Shown: positions 36,270 to 44,416, numbered from the stretch's first letter. The stretch: DNA of 64,000 nt from Candidatus Bathyarchaeota archaeon (GCA_004376295.1 SOJZ01000005.1:33914-97913), one strand, 5' to 3'. Numbers and translations: made by a program. The notes: generated by a model from the sequence alone, not told the origin.

Positions 36270-38315
36270 ATGCTGATTCGAGAAGTCATCCTCGAAAATT
36301 TCATGTCTTACGAATATGCTAGGATACCCTTTAAACCAGGCGTCAATATCGCTTGTGGGCCTAATGGCTCAGGTAAGTCGTCTATACTGCTGGGAATTTC
36401 AGTTGCGCTGGGTCAATCCTACACCGAACGATCTAAAAAGTTAAGCGACCTCATTCGATGGGGTAAAGACCAAGCGCGCGTCACGTTAGTCTTGGACAAC
36501 TCTCGAAAAAGCGGGCGTCGACCAGTTCCAAGAATCAATAAAGACTACATTTTTTTGACTAGAATGTTGAGGCGTGACGGAAAATACTGGTTCGAACTAG
36601 AAAACAGGGCTGCAAATAAGAGAGATGTCGAAAGGCTTCTCTCAAAGCTTGGAGTTGACCCGGACAACATGCTAATTATTATGCACCAAAATATGGTGGA
36701 ACAGTTCACGGTGCTCCAGCCTCAAGAAAAGCTCAAGATGGTGGAAGCAGCGGTGGGGTTCGAATCCTACCGCCAAAACGTTTCTAAGGCTCAACGAAAG
36801 CTTAGCCGTATCCTAAGTCAAGAAGAGTCGGTGGGCAAGCTCCTCGAATCTGCTGAACAGACGCTGGGCTATTGGAGAGAACAGTACGACAGGTACCAAC
36901 GGAAAAAACAGCTAAGAATGAAGCGGAAATTCCTTGAACGAGAATCGGCGTGGGCCGAAGTTTCAAGGCGTGAGAAAACGGTTACTGAACTGAGAAATCA
37001 GGTTCGAGGAAAACAAAGTGAAATCTCACATATCGAAAATGAAACAGAAATCATTAATGATCAACTAAACAAGCTTCAGATGAGACTGGAACAAGCAAAG
37101 ACTGAATGGCAAAACATTCTTCAAAAACGATTGAAACTGGAATACGAAAAGGCAAAGCACGAAGTAGGCGTTTCACTGGCCAATCAAACCATAGAAAAAA
37201 CACAATCTTGGTCAGAAATTCGACAGAAAGGAATAAAGGACTGCCTAGACAAAATAACGCAGCTAGAGACGACATTTCATAGGATTGTAAACCCCATAGA
37301 TATAAAAACTCGATTTGCAGAACTCAAGGAAACCTACGAAAATTTTGAAAACACGTGGACTCAACAGTTAAACCTTAGAAGTGAAGGTTTGAAAGCCTCT
37401 ATTGAAAACTCCTACGAGCAACTCGAAAAGTTGCGTGTCATAATCTCGGACGTTGAAGCAAGGGGGGATCACCTAAATTTCGAGATCGAAGGTACCAACG
37501 GGGAACTTTTGGATTATAAGATTAACTTAGCTTTACTACAGTATCGAAAAGAAATCGCCACAAAGACTCTAGAAAAACTGAAAAAACAGCTTAAAGTCTC
37601 GCTTGCTGATCTTGACGAAGCAGTAGAAAAGGCTAAGGAGATAGGTCCACAGATCGTGCCCACGAAAAATGTTGCAGAGATTTTAGACGAGATTCGAGTG
37701 ACAGATGGACACCTCGCCGCCCTTGCCGACGTTTCCGAAGACATCGAACGTATGTACGAGTCATACTCTAAGCTTTACCTAGAACTGAAGGAAAAAGCTC
37801 AGTTGGTTGCGGAAAACCGTGAAAAAGCCTTGGAAGAAGTAAAGATGAGGATGACAGCGTGGAGAATGGTTATTCAAGACCTCCTTAAGCATGTTAACCT
37901 CCGATACGCGGGAATCCTTTCACAAGCTCAAGCGATCGGAGAGGTTAAGTTGGTAAACGAACATGATATCGAAGATGCAGGTCTCGAAATACTTGTGGGT
38001 TTCAAGGGGGGAAAACCTGTTCCTCTTAACTCCTACACGCAGAGCGGTGGGGAAAGAAGTATTGCAACCATGAGTTTTCTCCTCGCGTTGCAGCAGCACG
38101 TTCGATCTCCGTTCAGAGCTGTTGACGAGTATGACATTCATATGGACCCAAAAAATAGAGAGATTATCGCTGATCTACTTGTTTCCTCAATTAAGGGTTT
38201 GGATGCCCAATACTTAGCGATCACGCCTAGTCAGATAACGTTCACGGGAAAAGACGTTCACATCATTACAGTTCAAAACGTTGAAGGAACTTCGCTTGTT
38301 AAAGAGGTAGTCTAA
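36270..38315 (+). CDS. compact SMC-family ATPase with Smc5/6-like head motifs and no recognisable hinge
   Basis: 681 aa from the ATG at 36270 (MLIREVILENFMSY). Walker A GPNGSGKSS, Q-loop region IIMHQNMVEQF, about 360 aa of heptad-rich sequence, signature YTQSGGERSIATMSFLLALQ and Walker B/D-loop PFRAVDEYDIHMD. No Gly-rich hinge and no CxxC hook. Confidence 0.8.
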   Translation: MLIREVILENFMSYEYARIPFKPGVNIACGPNGSGKSSILLGISVALGQSYTERSKKLSDLIRWGKDQARVTLVLDNSRKSGRRPVPRINKDYIFLTRMLRRDGKYWFELENRAANKRDVERLLSKLGVDPDNMLIIMHQNMVEQFTVLQPQEKLKMVEAAVGFESYRQNVSKAQRKLSRILSQEESVGKLLESAEQTLGYWREQYDRYQRKKQLRMKRKFLERESAWAEVSRREKTVTELRNQVRGKQSEISHIENETEIINDQLNKLQMRLEQAKTEWQNILQKRLKLEYEKAKHEVGVSLANQTIEKTQSWSEIRQKGIKDCLDKITQLETTFHRIVNPIDIKTRFAELKETYENFENTWTQQLNLRSEGLKASIENSYEQLEKLRVIISDVEARGDHLNFEIEGTNGELLDYKINLALLQYRKEIATKTLEKLKKQLKVSLADLDEAVEKAKEIGPQIVPTKNVAEILDEIRVTDGHLAALADVSEDIERMYESYSKLYLELKEKAQLVAENREKALEEVKMRMTAWRMVIQDLLKHVNLRYAGILSQAQAIGEVKLVNEHDIEDAGLEILVGFKGGKPVPLNSYTQSGGERSIATMSFLLALQQHVRSPFRAVDEYDIHMDPKNREIIADLLVSSIKGLDAQYLAITPSQITFTGKDVHIITVQNVEGTSLVKEVV

Positions 38316-39134
38316 TTGTCCTCAAAAAGGCAGAGGAAAAAACTCGGTAGCGAACGTCTTCAACGCGTCATTGACTTATGCAAGTCTGTTGAGGAAAGAG
38401 GTCTTGATCCTTTCATCGTGGATGTTGACGACATTCTAACGGTTGTTCGAGAATATTTCCCAGAGTGGGAGCTGCCAGAAGAACTCTGCTTAGACGCCGA
38501 AGCTATTCACAAACTAGCCTCGGTCATTAAGCTCCAAAGCGACTGGTTGAAGCATCAGTCAACTTCTCTCTACACTGATCCGTTTCTGCTTGAGGAGAAA
38601 ATACGAAGGCTAAGCAAAGAAGAGCTTGCTAACCTTTTTCTTGAGATTTGGCATCCTATTGTTGAGTTAGAACAGATATCCCCTCATAGCTTGGCTGAAG
38701 CCACCAAATACTGGCAAAGCCTCCTTCCAATCAGCGAGAGATGGCTAAAAACCTCCTCTGTAGAAACGGAAACTGGAGCCACAACACGGGAAGAGTTAAT
38801 CAAGCAGAGAATACTCGCTGAAAAAGCTTTCTCAGAAGAGTTAGAAATGTCTTGGGAAGAATTAAAACAGAAGGTCGGCGGTGCAGGTAAGATTCGATAC
38901 TGGGATTTCATTGGCGCCGACACGTATTCTGAAACGATAAAGCGAGCGTATATGACAAGTTTTCTTGTAACATATGGATACGCAACCTTGGAAGTGCATC
39001 GACTAGAGGAAGAGATTTTCATTAAACCCTTCGAAAAACCAGCGTCTATGATCGGGAAAAAGCAGTTGATCTCTATTCCTGTTTCTGTGAGCGCCGAAGA
39101 ATGGATGAAGTGGAAAAGAGGCGAGCAAGATTGA
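38316..39134 (+). CDS. kleisin-like (ScpA-like) protein
   Basis: 272 aa. A TTG start directly follows the TAA of the SMC-like gene. The N-terminal helical segment (LDPFIVDVDDILTVVREYF...AIHKLASVIKLQSDWL) and C-terminal winged-helix-like segment (TIKRAYMTSFLVTYGYATLEVHRLEEEIFIKP) parallel the ScpA encoded at 18308..19006. Confidence 0.6.
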   Translation: MSSKRQRKKLGSERLQRVIDLCKSVEERGLDPFIVDVDDILTVVREYFPEWELPEELCLDAEAIHKLASVIKLQSDWLKHQSTSLYTDPFLLEEKIRRLSKEELANLFLEIWHPIVELEQISPHSLAEATKYWQSLLPISERWLKTSSVETETGATTREELIKQRILAEKAFSEELEMSWEELKQKVGGAGKIRYWDFIGADTYSETIKRAYMTSFLVTYGYATLEVHRLEEEIFIKPFEKPASMIGKKQLISIPVSVSAEEWMKWKRGEQD

Positions 39135-39688
39135 GGCGAAAAGGGTATTACATGAGAAAAATTAAGAGAGCCACGCATCTCCTATTTTACAGACACCACA
39201 GAAAGCCAGGAGTGAAGGGCTGGGAACTAAGAAGAAGGTTAGGCTCTGACTATCCTAAGGTGCTTGGGATACTGGACGGTCATTTGGAAAAACTGGATTT
39301 ACAAGTGAAGACAGTTTTTGAAGGGGAAAAAACCGTTGAGAAACCGACTGTTCAGCAGCTGGACAAAGCTCGATTCTATATAACGCTTCGAGGAAGCCTT
39401 ACACCAAAGGAGACTAAAATGATGGGTTGGCGCATCGACGACATCGCGGGGCTAGCTACAGCTATCTCTTGTATAATATCGAAGAAGGGAAAAGCACCGA
39501 GAGAAGAGGTGGAAGACCTTCTGCGGAACAAGCTTCCCGGCTGGAGGGTAGACATAAACATGAATCGTTACATTCGATCCGGCTACCTAGCTGAAGATGA
39601 GAACAAACAACTATACCTCGACTGGAGAACCAGCGCCGAGATTGACCAAAAAACTTTGGTTGATCTACTTTTAGGAACTGAAAGCTGA
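39101..39688 (+). CDS. tandem winged-helix (KITE-like) protein
   Basis: 195 aa (178 aa if translation starts at the ATG at 39152). It has two WH-like units (ATHLLFYRHHRKPGVKGWELRRRLG..., GLATAISCIISKKGKAPREEVEDLL...YIRSGYLAED) arranged as in ScpB/Nse1-3. It is the third gene of the string. Confidence 0.55.
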   Translation: MDEVEKRRARLRRKGYYMRKIKRATHLLFYRHHRKPGVKGWELRRRLGSDYPKVLGILDGHLEKLDLQVKTVFEGEKTVEKPTVQQLDKARFYITLRGSLTPKETKMMGWRIDDIAGLATAISCIISKKGKAPREEVEDLLRNKLPGWRVDINMNRYIRSGYLAEDENKQLYLDWRTSAEIDQKTLVDLLLGTES

Positions 39689-39730
39689 AGAGCATAGCAA
39701 GAGAATGAGAAAGGTGCGTATTGAAATTCT

Positions 39731-40444
39731 CTACCTTCTAATTTTTCGATAAAGGACAGCAACTACGTTCACCATTATTAATGCAACGAGGATGAGGAAT
39801 GGACTGTTGAGCAGAGACTCTCCAAGAGATAGTGGAAGCTCAAAGATTAAAGTATCCCCATCTTCAGCAACGTGCGGGCTAATCGCTCTTGACGGCAGTG
39901 TGAAGTAACAAATAGGGTCGAATTCGATTGAACTTGTGTGGTTGTAGTAATAGTAAACTGGCGTTGTTTTGTTTTCGAATTCCCATTCCGCTATTGGCTT
40001 ACCGAAGTATTCATTAAAGTCTAGCGCGTAATCGTCTGTTAGGTTGACGTGAAACTTTCTCCAATCAGTCCTTACGTTATAAATCTTGTTCGTTGTTGTC
40101 TTGTTAATCGTAATGCTGATGATGTCTGAACCGACCAGAAGAAATTCTACATGTATTGATCTCGTTGAATCGTCAAAAATCTCCTGTGTAGGATCGTATA
40201 TGCATTCCGCGTTTTTTAGGTCTCTTTGTTCCAATTTTTCTTCGATGGCTCGTGGAATCGTTGAGACGTCGAATAAATGTTGACGTATAGTTTCATTATA
40301 TATTCTAGAGTCGATGTTTTGAAAATCGAAGACAACGTGGATATTTTGATCTATTGTGGCTTGAATGCTCACCGAAGCGTAGGCTGGTGTGACCAGGCTT
40401 ACGAGTAAGGCGAGTAGAAGAGATGTTGCGGTTAGTTCTCTCAT
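39731..40444 (-). CDS. secreted, C-terminally membrane-anchored hypothetical protein
   Basis: Start taken at MRELTATSLLLALLV (signal-like). There is a C-terminal TM helix plus RKIRR and several NxS/T sequons. Confidence 0.55.
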   Translation of the reverse strand: MRELTATSLLLALLVSLVTPAYASVSIQATIDQNIHVVFDFQNIDSRIYNETIRQHLFDVSTIPRAIEEKLEQRDLKNAECIYDPTQEIFDDSTRSIHVEFLLVGSDIISITINKTTTNKIYNVRTDWRKFHVNLTDDYALDFNEYFGKPIAEWEFENKTTPVYYYYNHTSSIEFDPICYFTLPSRAISPHVAEDGDTLIFELPLSLGESLLNSPFLILVALIMVNVVAVLYRKIRR

Positions 40445-40637
40445 TTTCGTCCTTTCTCCAGTTTGTAGGTTATATTTGAATCCTTTATAAATCATATTCA
40501 GATCGCATAAAGCCTTTTTATTCGTAGAGACGAATTGACAATGTGGGGTCTAACTCATTTTCTGGGGGTAGGTGTTTAGGCATGTTGTCGGCTTATTTGT
40601 AATAAATGACATTTGCCTCTGTTCCGCCCCAATGGGC

Positions 40638-40925
40638 TCACTTAAAATACAGAGCTTTTATTTCTCGGTCAATGTACGTGCAGGATACATTTTCCTGTCT
40701 TGCAATGCTACGAAAATCGCTAAACCAATGCACCTCAAGCACATCATCCACATGAAACTCGGTCAAGGGGCATTCCCCAATAATATAGCCCTCGTCTTCA
40801 AGCCTTTGAACATATCCCTGAAGTTTTTTCTCCGTCCATTGTCCGTATGTCTAATATGCGAGTCCTCCGACTATCAAGATGAGGCAGACGAGAAAGGAAA
40901 AGGCGACAATTGCACGCTTATCCAT
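40638..40925 (-). pseudogene. small N-terminally anchored protein gene interrupted by one in-frame TAG
   Basis: Minus-strand reading gives MDKRAIVAFSFLVCLILIVGGLAY*TYGQWTEKKLQGYVQRLEDEGYIIGECPLTEFHVDDVLEVHWFSDFRSIARQENVSCTYIDREIKALYFK*. The TAG is at 40851-40853. The listed plus-strand ORF 40572..40955 is its shadow. Confidence 0.4.
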
Positions 40926-40932
40926 GCATACA

Positions 40933-40975
40933 ACTGTAACTTCTTCATTCTATGATCTAACATAGTTAGTAAAGA
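40933..40975. repeat. ACTGTAAYTTCTTCATTCTATRATCTANCATAGTTRG repeat, copy 1
   Basis: actgtaacttcttcattctatgatctaacatagttag. Homologous flank continues to ~41025 (compare 53702-53760). It lies 3' of the membrane-protein gene 41025..41420. Confidence 0.7.
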
Positions 40976-41024
40976 ACGAATAGTTGAGTATTCAGTGTTT
41001 ACTTCATCTTGCTGATTTTCGTAT

Positions 41025-41420
41025 TCAATGAATAAAGATGAAAAAATGTGCGAGTATGGCTATAAGCCACAGTATAGAACCGATCATTACTATGATTGTT
41101 CCTTCTTTTCGATAGCGTTTCCTTTCCTCAGTCGTCAGTCTTTTGAAGAGAATTCTATGGTCCAGCCAAGCTGAACCTGAATAAGGGTATCTTTGATTTA
41201 TTGTTGAATGGCAGTTCTTCCTATAGTAGAGGAGAGAGAGAAGAAGCTGGACGCCACCCACAAACACCAAAAAACCCCCCTCGTAAACAAAAATGGCAGC
41301 AGAAAGAATGTTTGATATCCATAGAATAGGCAAAACGAACAAATTTACAACTGCAACATACCCAAAAACTTTCACCACAAACTTAATCCAATCGACATTT
41401 CGCTCAAAAATAACCTTCAT
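41025..41420 (-). CDS. small polytopic membrane protein (paralog of 53802..54176)
   Basis: 132 aa from the internal ATG (MKVIFERNVDW). It shares YEGGF.V..GGVQ.L.S..Y...........PYS....W.D...F..L...ER.RYR.EGTI.V.IG.IL architecture with 53802..54176. The longer listed ORF reads into the upstream repeat. Confidence 0.6.
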   Translation of the reverse strand: MKVIFERNVDWIKFVVKVFGYVAVVNLFVLPILWISNILSAAIFVYEGGFLVFVGGVQLLLSLLYYRKNCHSTINQRYPYSGSAWLDHRILFKRLTTEERKRYRKEGTIIVMIGSILWLIAILAHFFIFIH

Positions 41421-41477
41421 TGTGTCCCTGATAAAAAAGTAGTGAGAACATATAGGCTTTACTCGGGCCAAAAAAAT

Positions 41478-41525
41478 TATAGGGGGGGGGGCTATAGGGG
41501 GTCTAAAGAGAGAGACACGCAAATA
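41478..41525 (+). repeat. TATAGGGGG...AGAGAGACAC intergenic repeat, copy 2 (contains a G10 tract)
   Basis: TATAGGGGGGGGGGCTATAGGGGGTCTAAAGAGAGAGACACGCAAATAACG, with G10 at 41482-41491. It ends 29 nt beyond the stop of the Sm gene. Confidence 0.8.
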
Positions 41526-41553
41526 ACGTAACAAACAAACCTAAATCCTACTC

Positions 41554-41784
41554 TTACTTCCTCTTAGGAACATCAGTCCTAATATACAAAACATTATTGC
41601 CACGAACCAAAACACGACCATAATTAGCAACCAGCTCATCCTTAAACCGCTCAACAGCACCCTCCAACAAAATATTCATATAACCATCACAACGAACAAC
41701 AGTCCCACGATACTCAACACCACTCTTCAAAACAATAGCCACATAACAATTCAACAGCTTCGCCAAAACATTCAAAGGCTTCAT
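41554..41784 (-). CDS. Sm-like archaeal protein (LSm)
   Basis: 76 aa from the internal ATG (MKPLNVLAKLL). Sm1 is VAIVLKSGVEYRGTVVRCDGYMNILLEGA and Sm2 is RVLVRGNNVLYI. The hydrophobic N-terminal extension of the listed ORF is unlikely to be real. Confidence 0.85.
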   Translation of the reverse strand: MKPLNVLAKLLNCYVAIVLKSGVEYRGTVVRCDGYMNILLEGAVERFKDELVANYGRVLVRGNNVLYIRTDVPKRK

Positions 41785-41936
41785 ACTCGGCTCCAACACA
41801 AACACCAACAATACACACAAACCCAACCATATAAAAGCTTTATGAAACAAACTCCACCAAAACAAAACCCAACAAAACCCTAATAGAACCATATATTAGA
41901 TCGGGGTAGAAACCTTCATATACACAACAGGAACCC

Positions 41937-43085
41937 TCACTCAATCATCTTTCGAATCTCCTCCTCTAATTTGCCCGCCACATCAAACTTCCTATTCATC
42001 TCCCGCTTTATTAGATCAATGGTCTTCACAGGTGCAGGATCTACACCTTGCAGAATCGCCAAAAAAACGCTTACAAAGTCTCCCACAAGTAGCACAGAAA
42101 ACATCTTCGCTAATCCTCCTTTCCCCCTCGCATAGATTTCCAAGACTTTTTGAGCTTTATGTAAAGCCAGCATTTTGGTCATCTCAATTCTATGTTTGAT
42201 TTCCGGCGGCTCATTATGGTCTCGAATAAGTATAACCGAAAATTTCTTTGCGAGGTCTTCAGAGACTTCCCATCCAACAGCTTCATTGTGATTGAGCTCT
42301 GGAAAGACGTCATATACGCTGAGAAGTTTGCTGTTTTCGTTAAACTGCGTTTTCATTCGATGGGCTACGGCTCTAGATTGTCCAAATCCGTAGACCACAG
42401 GTATGGTTTCTTTCAACTCCAAAGCCAACGTTTTTGACATGTTCTTCTTTGTGGGAATGTAAGGGGAGTTTTCTTCACTCACCTTTTTGAGAACCCGTAT
42501 GGCTTCTTCAATGTCTTTCTCTATGTTCGAAAGAATATCCATCTTCTCTAAGAGGATTGGGAGCGGAAAGAATATGTAGGGAATTGCGGCGCGTGGGGGT
42601 CGTCCGTTAGGTATTGTTACGTGCGGTATCTGCAGTTTCTTGGAGAAGGAGAGGAGGTGTCCTCCTGAGCTTATGGTTATGGTCATGCATTTTCTGCGGA
42701 TAGCATCGATAAATGCGCTAAGTGTTTCTGCAGTTTCTCCTGAGTAGCTGATCGCAAAAACGAGCGTGTTTCTGTTTGCGTAAGCGGGTAGAGTGTAGTT
42801 TCTGCATATTTGAATGGGGATGGGAAGCTTGTCTTGAAGCCAGTCTTGGAGTATTTCTCCTCCTATGGCGGAGCCTCCCATGCCTGTGATTATGATGTTT
42901 TGGGGTTTCTTATATTTGATTGTGATTTTTTTGGAAACTTTTACCTCGTTTGGGATTTTAATCTTTTTAGCTCTTTGTATAGCGTCTTGGCAGTATTCAG
43001 GGGTTTTCACGCACAGATTAAGCATGTTGCTTTTGTCGATTTTTTCTAATTCTTCTGGTATATCTAGAATGGTAGTCTCGTGCAT
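41937..43085 (-). CDS. bifunctional phosphoglucose/phosphomannose isomerase (SIS family)
   Basis: 382 aa with IITGMGGSAIGGEIL, ISYSGETAET and archaeal PGI/PMI-like overall architecture. Confidence 0.75.
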   Translation of the reverse strand: MHETTILDIPEELEKIDKSNMLNLCVKTPEYCQDAIQRAKKIKIPNEVKVSKKITIKYKKPQNIIITGMGGSAIGGEILQDWLQDKLPIPIQICRNYTLPAYANRNTLVFAISYSGETAETLSAFIDAIRRKCMTITISSGGHLLSFSKKLQIPHVTIPNGRPPRAAIPYIFFPLPILLEKMDILSNIEKDIEEAIRVLKKVSEENSPYIPTKKNMSKTLALELKETIPVVYGFGQSRAVAHRMKTQFNENSKLLSVYDVFPELNHNEAVGWEVSEDLAKKFSVILIRDHNEPPEIKHRIEMTKMLALHKAQKVLEIYARGKGGLAKMFSVLLVGDFVSVFLAILQGVDPAPVKTIDLIKREMNRKFDVAGKLEEEIRKMIE

Positions 43086-43180
43086 TTTTTCACCTTGCTA
43101 TTTCTAATGAGCTTATGATGCTTGATTGTGAAGCTATGGATAAATAGTTTTAGAGGTTTGTTGGTATATGTAAAAGAGTT

Positions 43181-44062
43181 GTGGTTGTGATGTGTGCCTC
43201 TGTGAAGCGTCGTTGTGAGCTTTCTGTTGCGGTGCCTGCTTCGTTGGTTTCAGATGTTCCTCATCTTCGGGAGAAGACCTTCAAGATTGGGTTAGTAGGT
43301 AGAGCTGCTGCGATTTTTCGTGTAGATGAGGTTATAGTTTTTCCTGATTTGCTGGGGTTTGATCAAAGCCGAGATACACGGTTGATTGCTGCTGTTTTAT
43401 CTTATATGGAGACGCCTCAGTATTTGCGTAAGCGTTTGTTTAGGCTTGTGCCTGAGTTGCGGTATGCTGGTATTCTTCCTCCTTTGCGTACGCCTCATCA
43501 TCCTGTATTAAATAGGGTTAGAGATTTGGGGTTTGGGGAGTATCGTGAGGGTGTGGTTGTTTCTTCAACTAATGCTGGGTCGTTTGTTGATGTTGGCGTA
43601 GACCGTTCCGTGTTGGTTTCTGGTGTGCAGCTTTCGGTTAATAGTCGAGTTACCGTGAAGATTGTTGAGTTGGGGAGGCATTTGAAGGCTGTTTTGGCTA
43701 GTCGTGGTGAGGTTGAGGCGTATTGGGGTTATCGTGTGAGGGTTTCGGATGTGGGGTTTGGGTGTTTGGTGAAAGAGGGGGGTTTTGATTTGGTGGTTGC
43801 TACTTCTCGGCGTGGGGTTCGGTTTATGGAGGTTGTTGATGAGTTGGTTGGGCGTTGGAAGGAGGCGTGTAGGGTTTTGGTTGCTTTTGGTTCTCCGTCT
43901 GTGGGGTTGTTTGAGATTTTGGAGCGTGAGGGTTTGAGGTTGGGTGATGTTGTGGATTTTATTGTTAATATGGTTCCAAATCAGGGGACTGCGACTGTGA
44001 GGACTGTTGAGGCTGTCTATGCGTGTTTGGGTGTTTTGAATTTGTTTGTTAGCGGTTTGTAA
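43181..44062 (+). CDS. SPOUT-superfamily putative RNA methyltransferase (DUF171/COG2106-like)
   Basis: 293 aa with LSVAVPASLVSDVPHLREKTFKIGLVGRAAAIFRVDEVIVF and an OB-like insert. The coding strand is extremely G+T-rich. Confidence 0.7.
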   Translation: MVVMCASVKRRCELSVAVPASLVSDVPHLREKTFKIGLVGRAAAIFRVDEVIVFPDLLGFDQSRDTRLIAAVLSYMETPQYLRKRLFRLVPELRYAGILPPLRTPHHPVLNRVRDLGFGEYREGVVVSSTNAGSFVDVGVDRSVLVSGVQLSVNSRVTVKIVELGRHLKAVLASRGEVEAYWGYRVRVSDVGFGCLVKEGGFDLVVATSRRGVRFMEVVDELVGRWKEACRVLVAFGSPSVGLFEILEREGLRLGDVVDFIVNMVPNQGTATVRTVEAVYACLGVLNLFVSGL

Positions 44063-44087
44063 GTTGTTTGTGTTTTTCACGTTTTTT

Positions 44088-44118
44088 GCGTGTGTCTCTC
44101 TTTAGATCCCCCTCTAAA
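44088..44118 (-). repeat. TATAGGGGG...AGAGAGACAC intergenic repeat, copy 3 (inverted, degenerate)
   Basis: The plus strand reads gcgtgtgtctctctttagatccccctctaaa. Its reverse complement is TTTAGAGGGGGATCTAAAGAGAGACACACGC. It starts 26 nt after the SPOUT gene stop. Confidence 0.7.
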
Positions 44119-44136
44119 TTTTTTTCACGGTTTCTT

Positions 44137-44178
44137 GTTCTCTCTCTTTTATAGACCCCCCTATAGCCCCCCTATACC
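44137..44178 (-). repeat. TATAGGGGG...AGAGAGACAC intergenic repeat, copy 4 (inverted)
   Basis: The plus strand reads gttctctctcttttatagacccccctatagcccccctatacc. Its reverse complement is GGTATAGGGGGGCTATAGGGGGGTCTATAAAAGAGAGAGAAC. Confidence 0.8.
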
Positions 44179-44392
44179 AAGGGCCATTCTGTGGAAAGCC
44201 CGTGATCACGGTTTTGAGCTTCTTTGCTTCTTCAATGGGCTTTCTCTACCCAATATAGTATCAAAGGTAAGAGGGTCATATGTTTTCAGACTGCGTGAAC
44301 GAGTTGATGTGCGCAAGCATTGTGAAGGGGAAAGACTCTGATGTATGGCGATATAAGAAAGCTTATATGCAAGATCACCCAATAATATATTG

Positions 44393-44416
44393 AATATGTC
44401 TTATTATAGACATATT
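44393..44416. promoter_or_regulatory. perfect 9-bp inverted repeat with 6-nt spacer (candidate operator)
   Basis: AATATGTCT-tattat-AGACATATT, in an AT-rich intergenic region about 60-80 nt upstream of the small ORF at 44478/44499. Confidence 0.35.

Noticed and set aside
36270-39688. Calling the second SMC-like trio a Wadjet (JetABCD) or a Rad50-Mre11 system.
   Set aside because: No Toprim/JetD-like and no Mre11/SbcD-like nuclease gene is adjacent. The gene order (ATPase, kleisin, KITE) differs from jetABC. No zinc hook is present. The trio is kept as an unclassified SMC/kleisin/KITE system instead.
40851-40853. Pyrrolysine decoding of the in-frame TAG.
   Set aside because: There are no pyl genes or methylamine methyltransferases in the window. 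TAG is also used as the ordinary stop of rpl4, rpl23, rps19 and the SBDS gene.
40572-40955. Listed 127-aa plus-strand ORF.
   Set aside because: The sequence is not protein-like. The opposite strand carries a more convincing TM-plus-globular reading, though one interrupted by a TAG.
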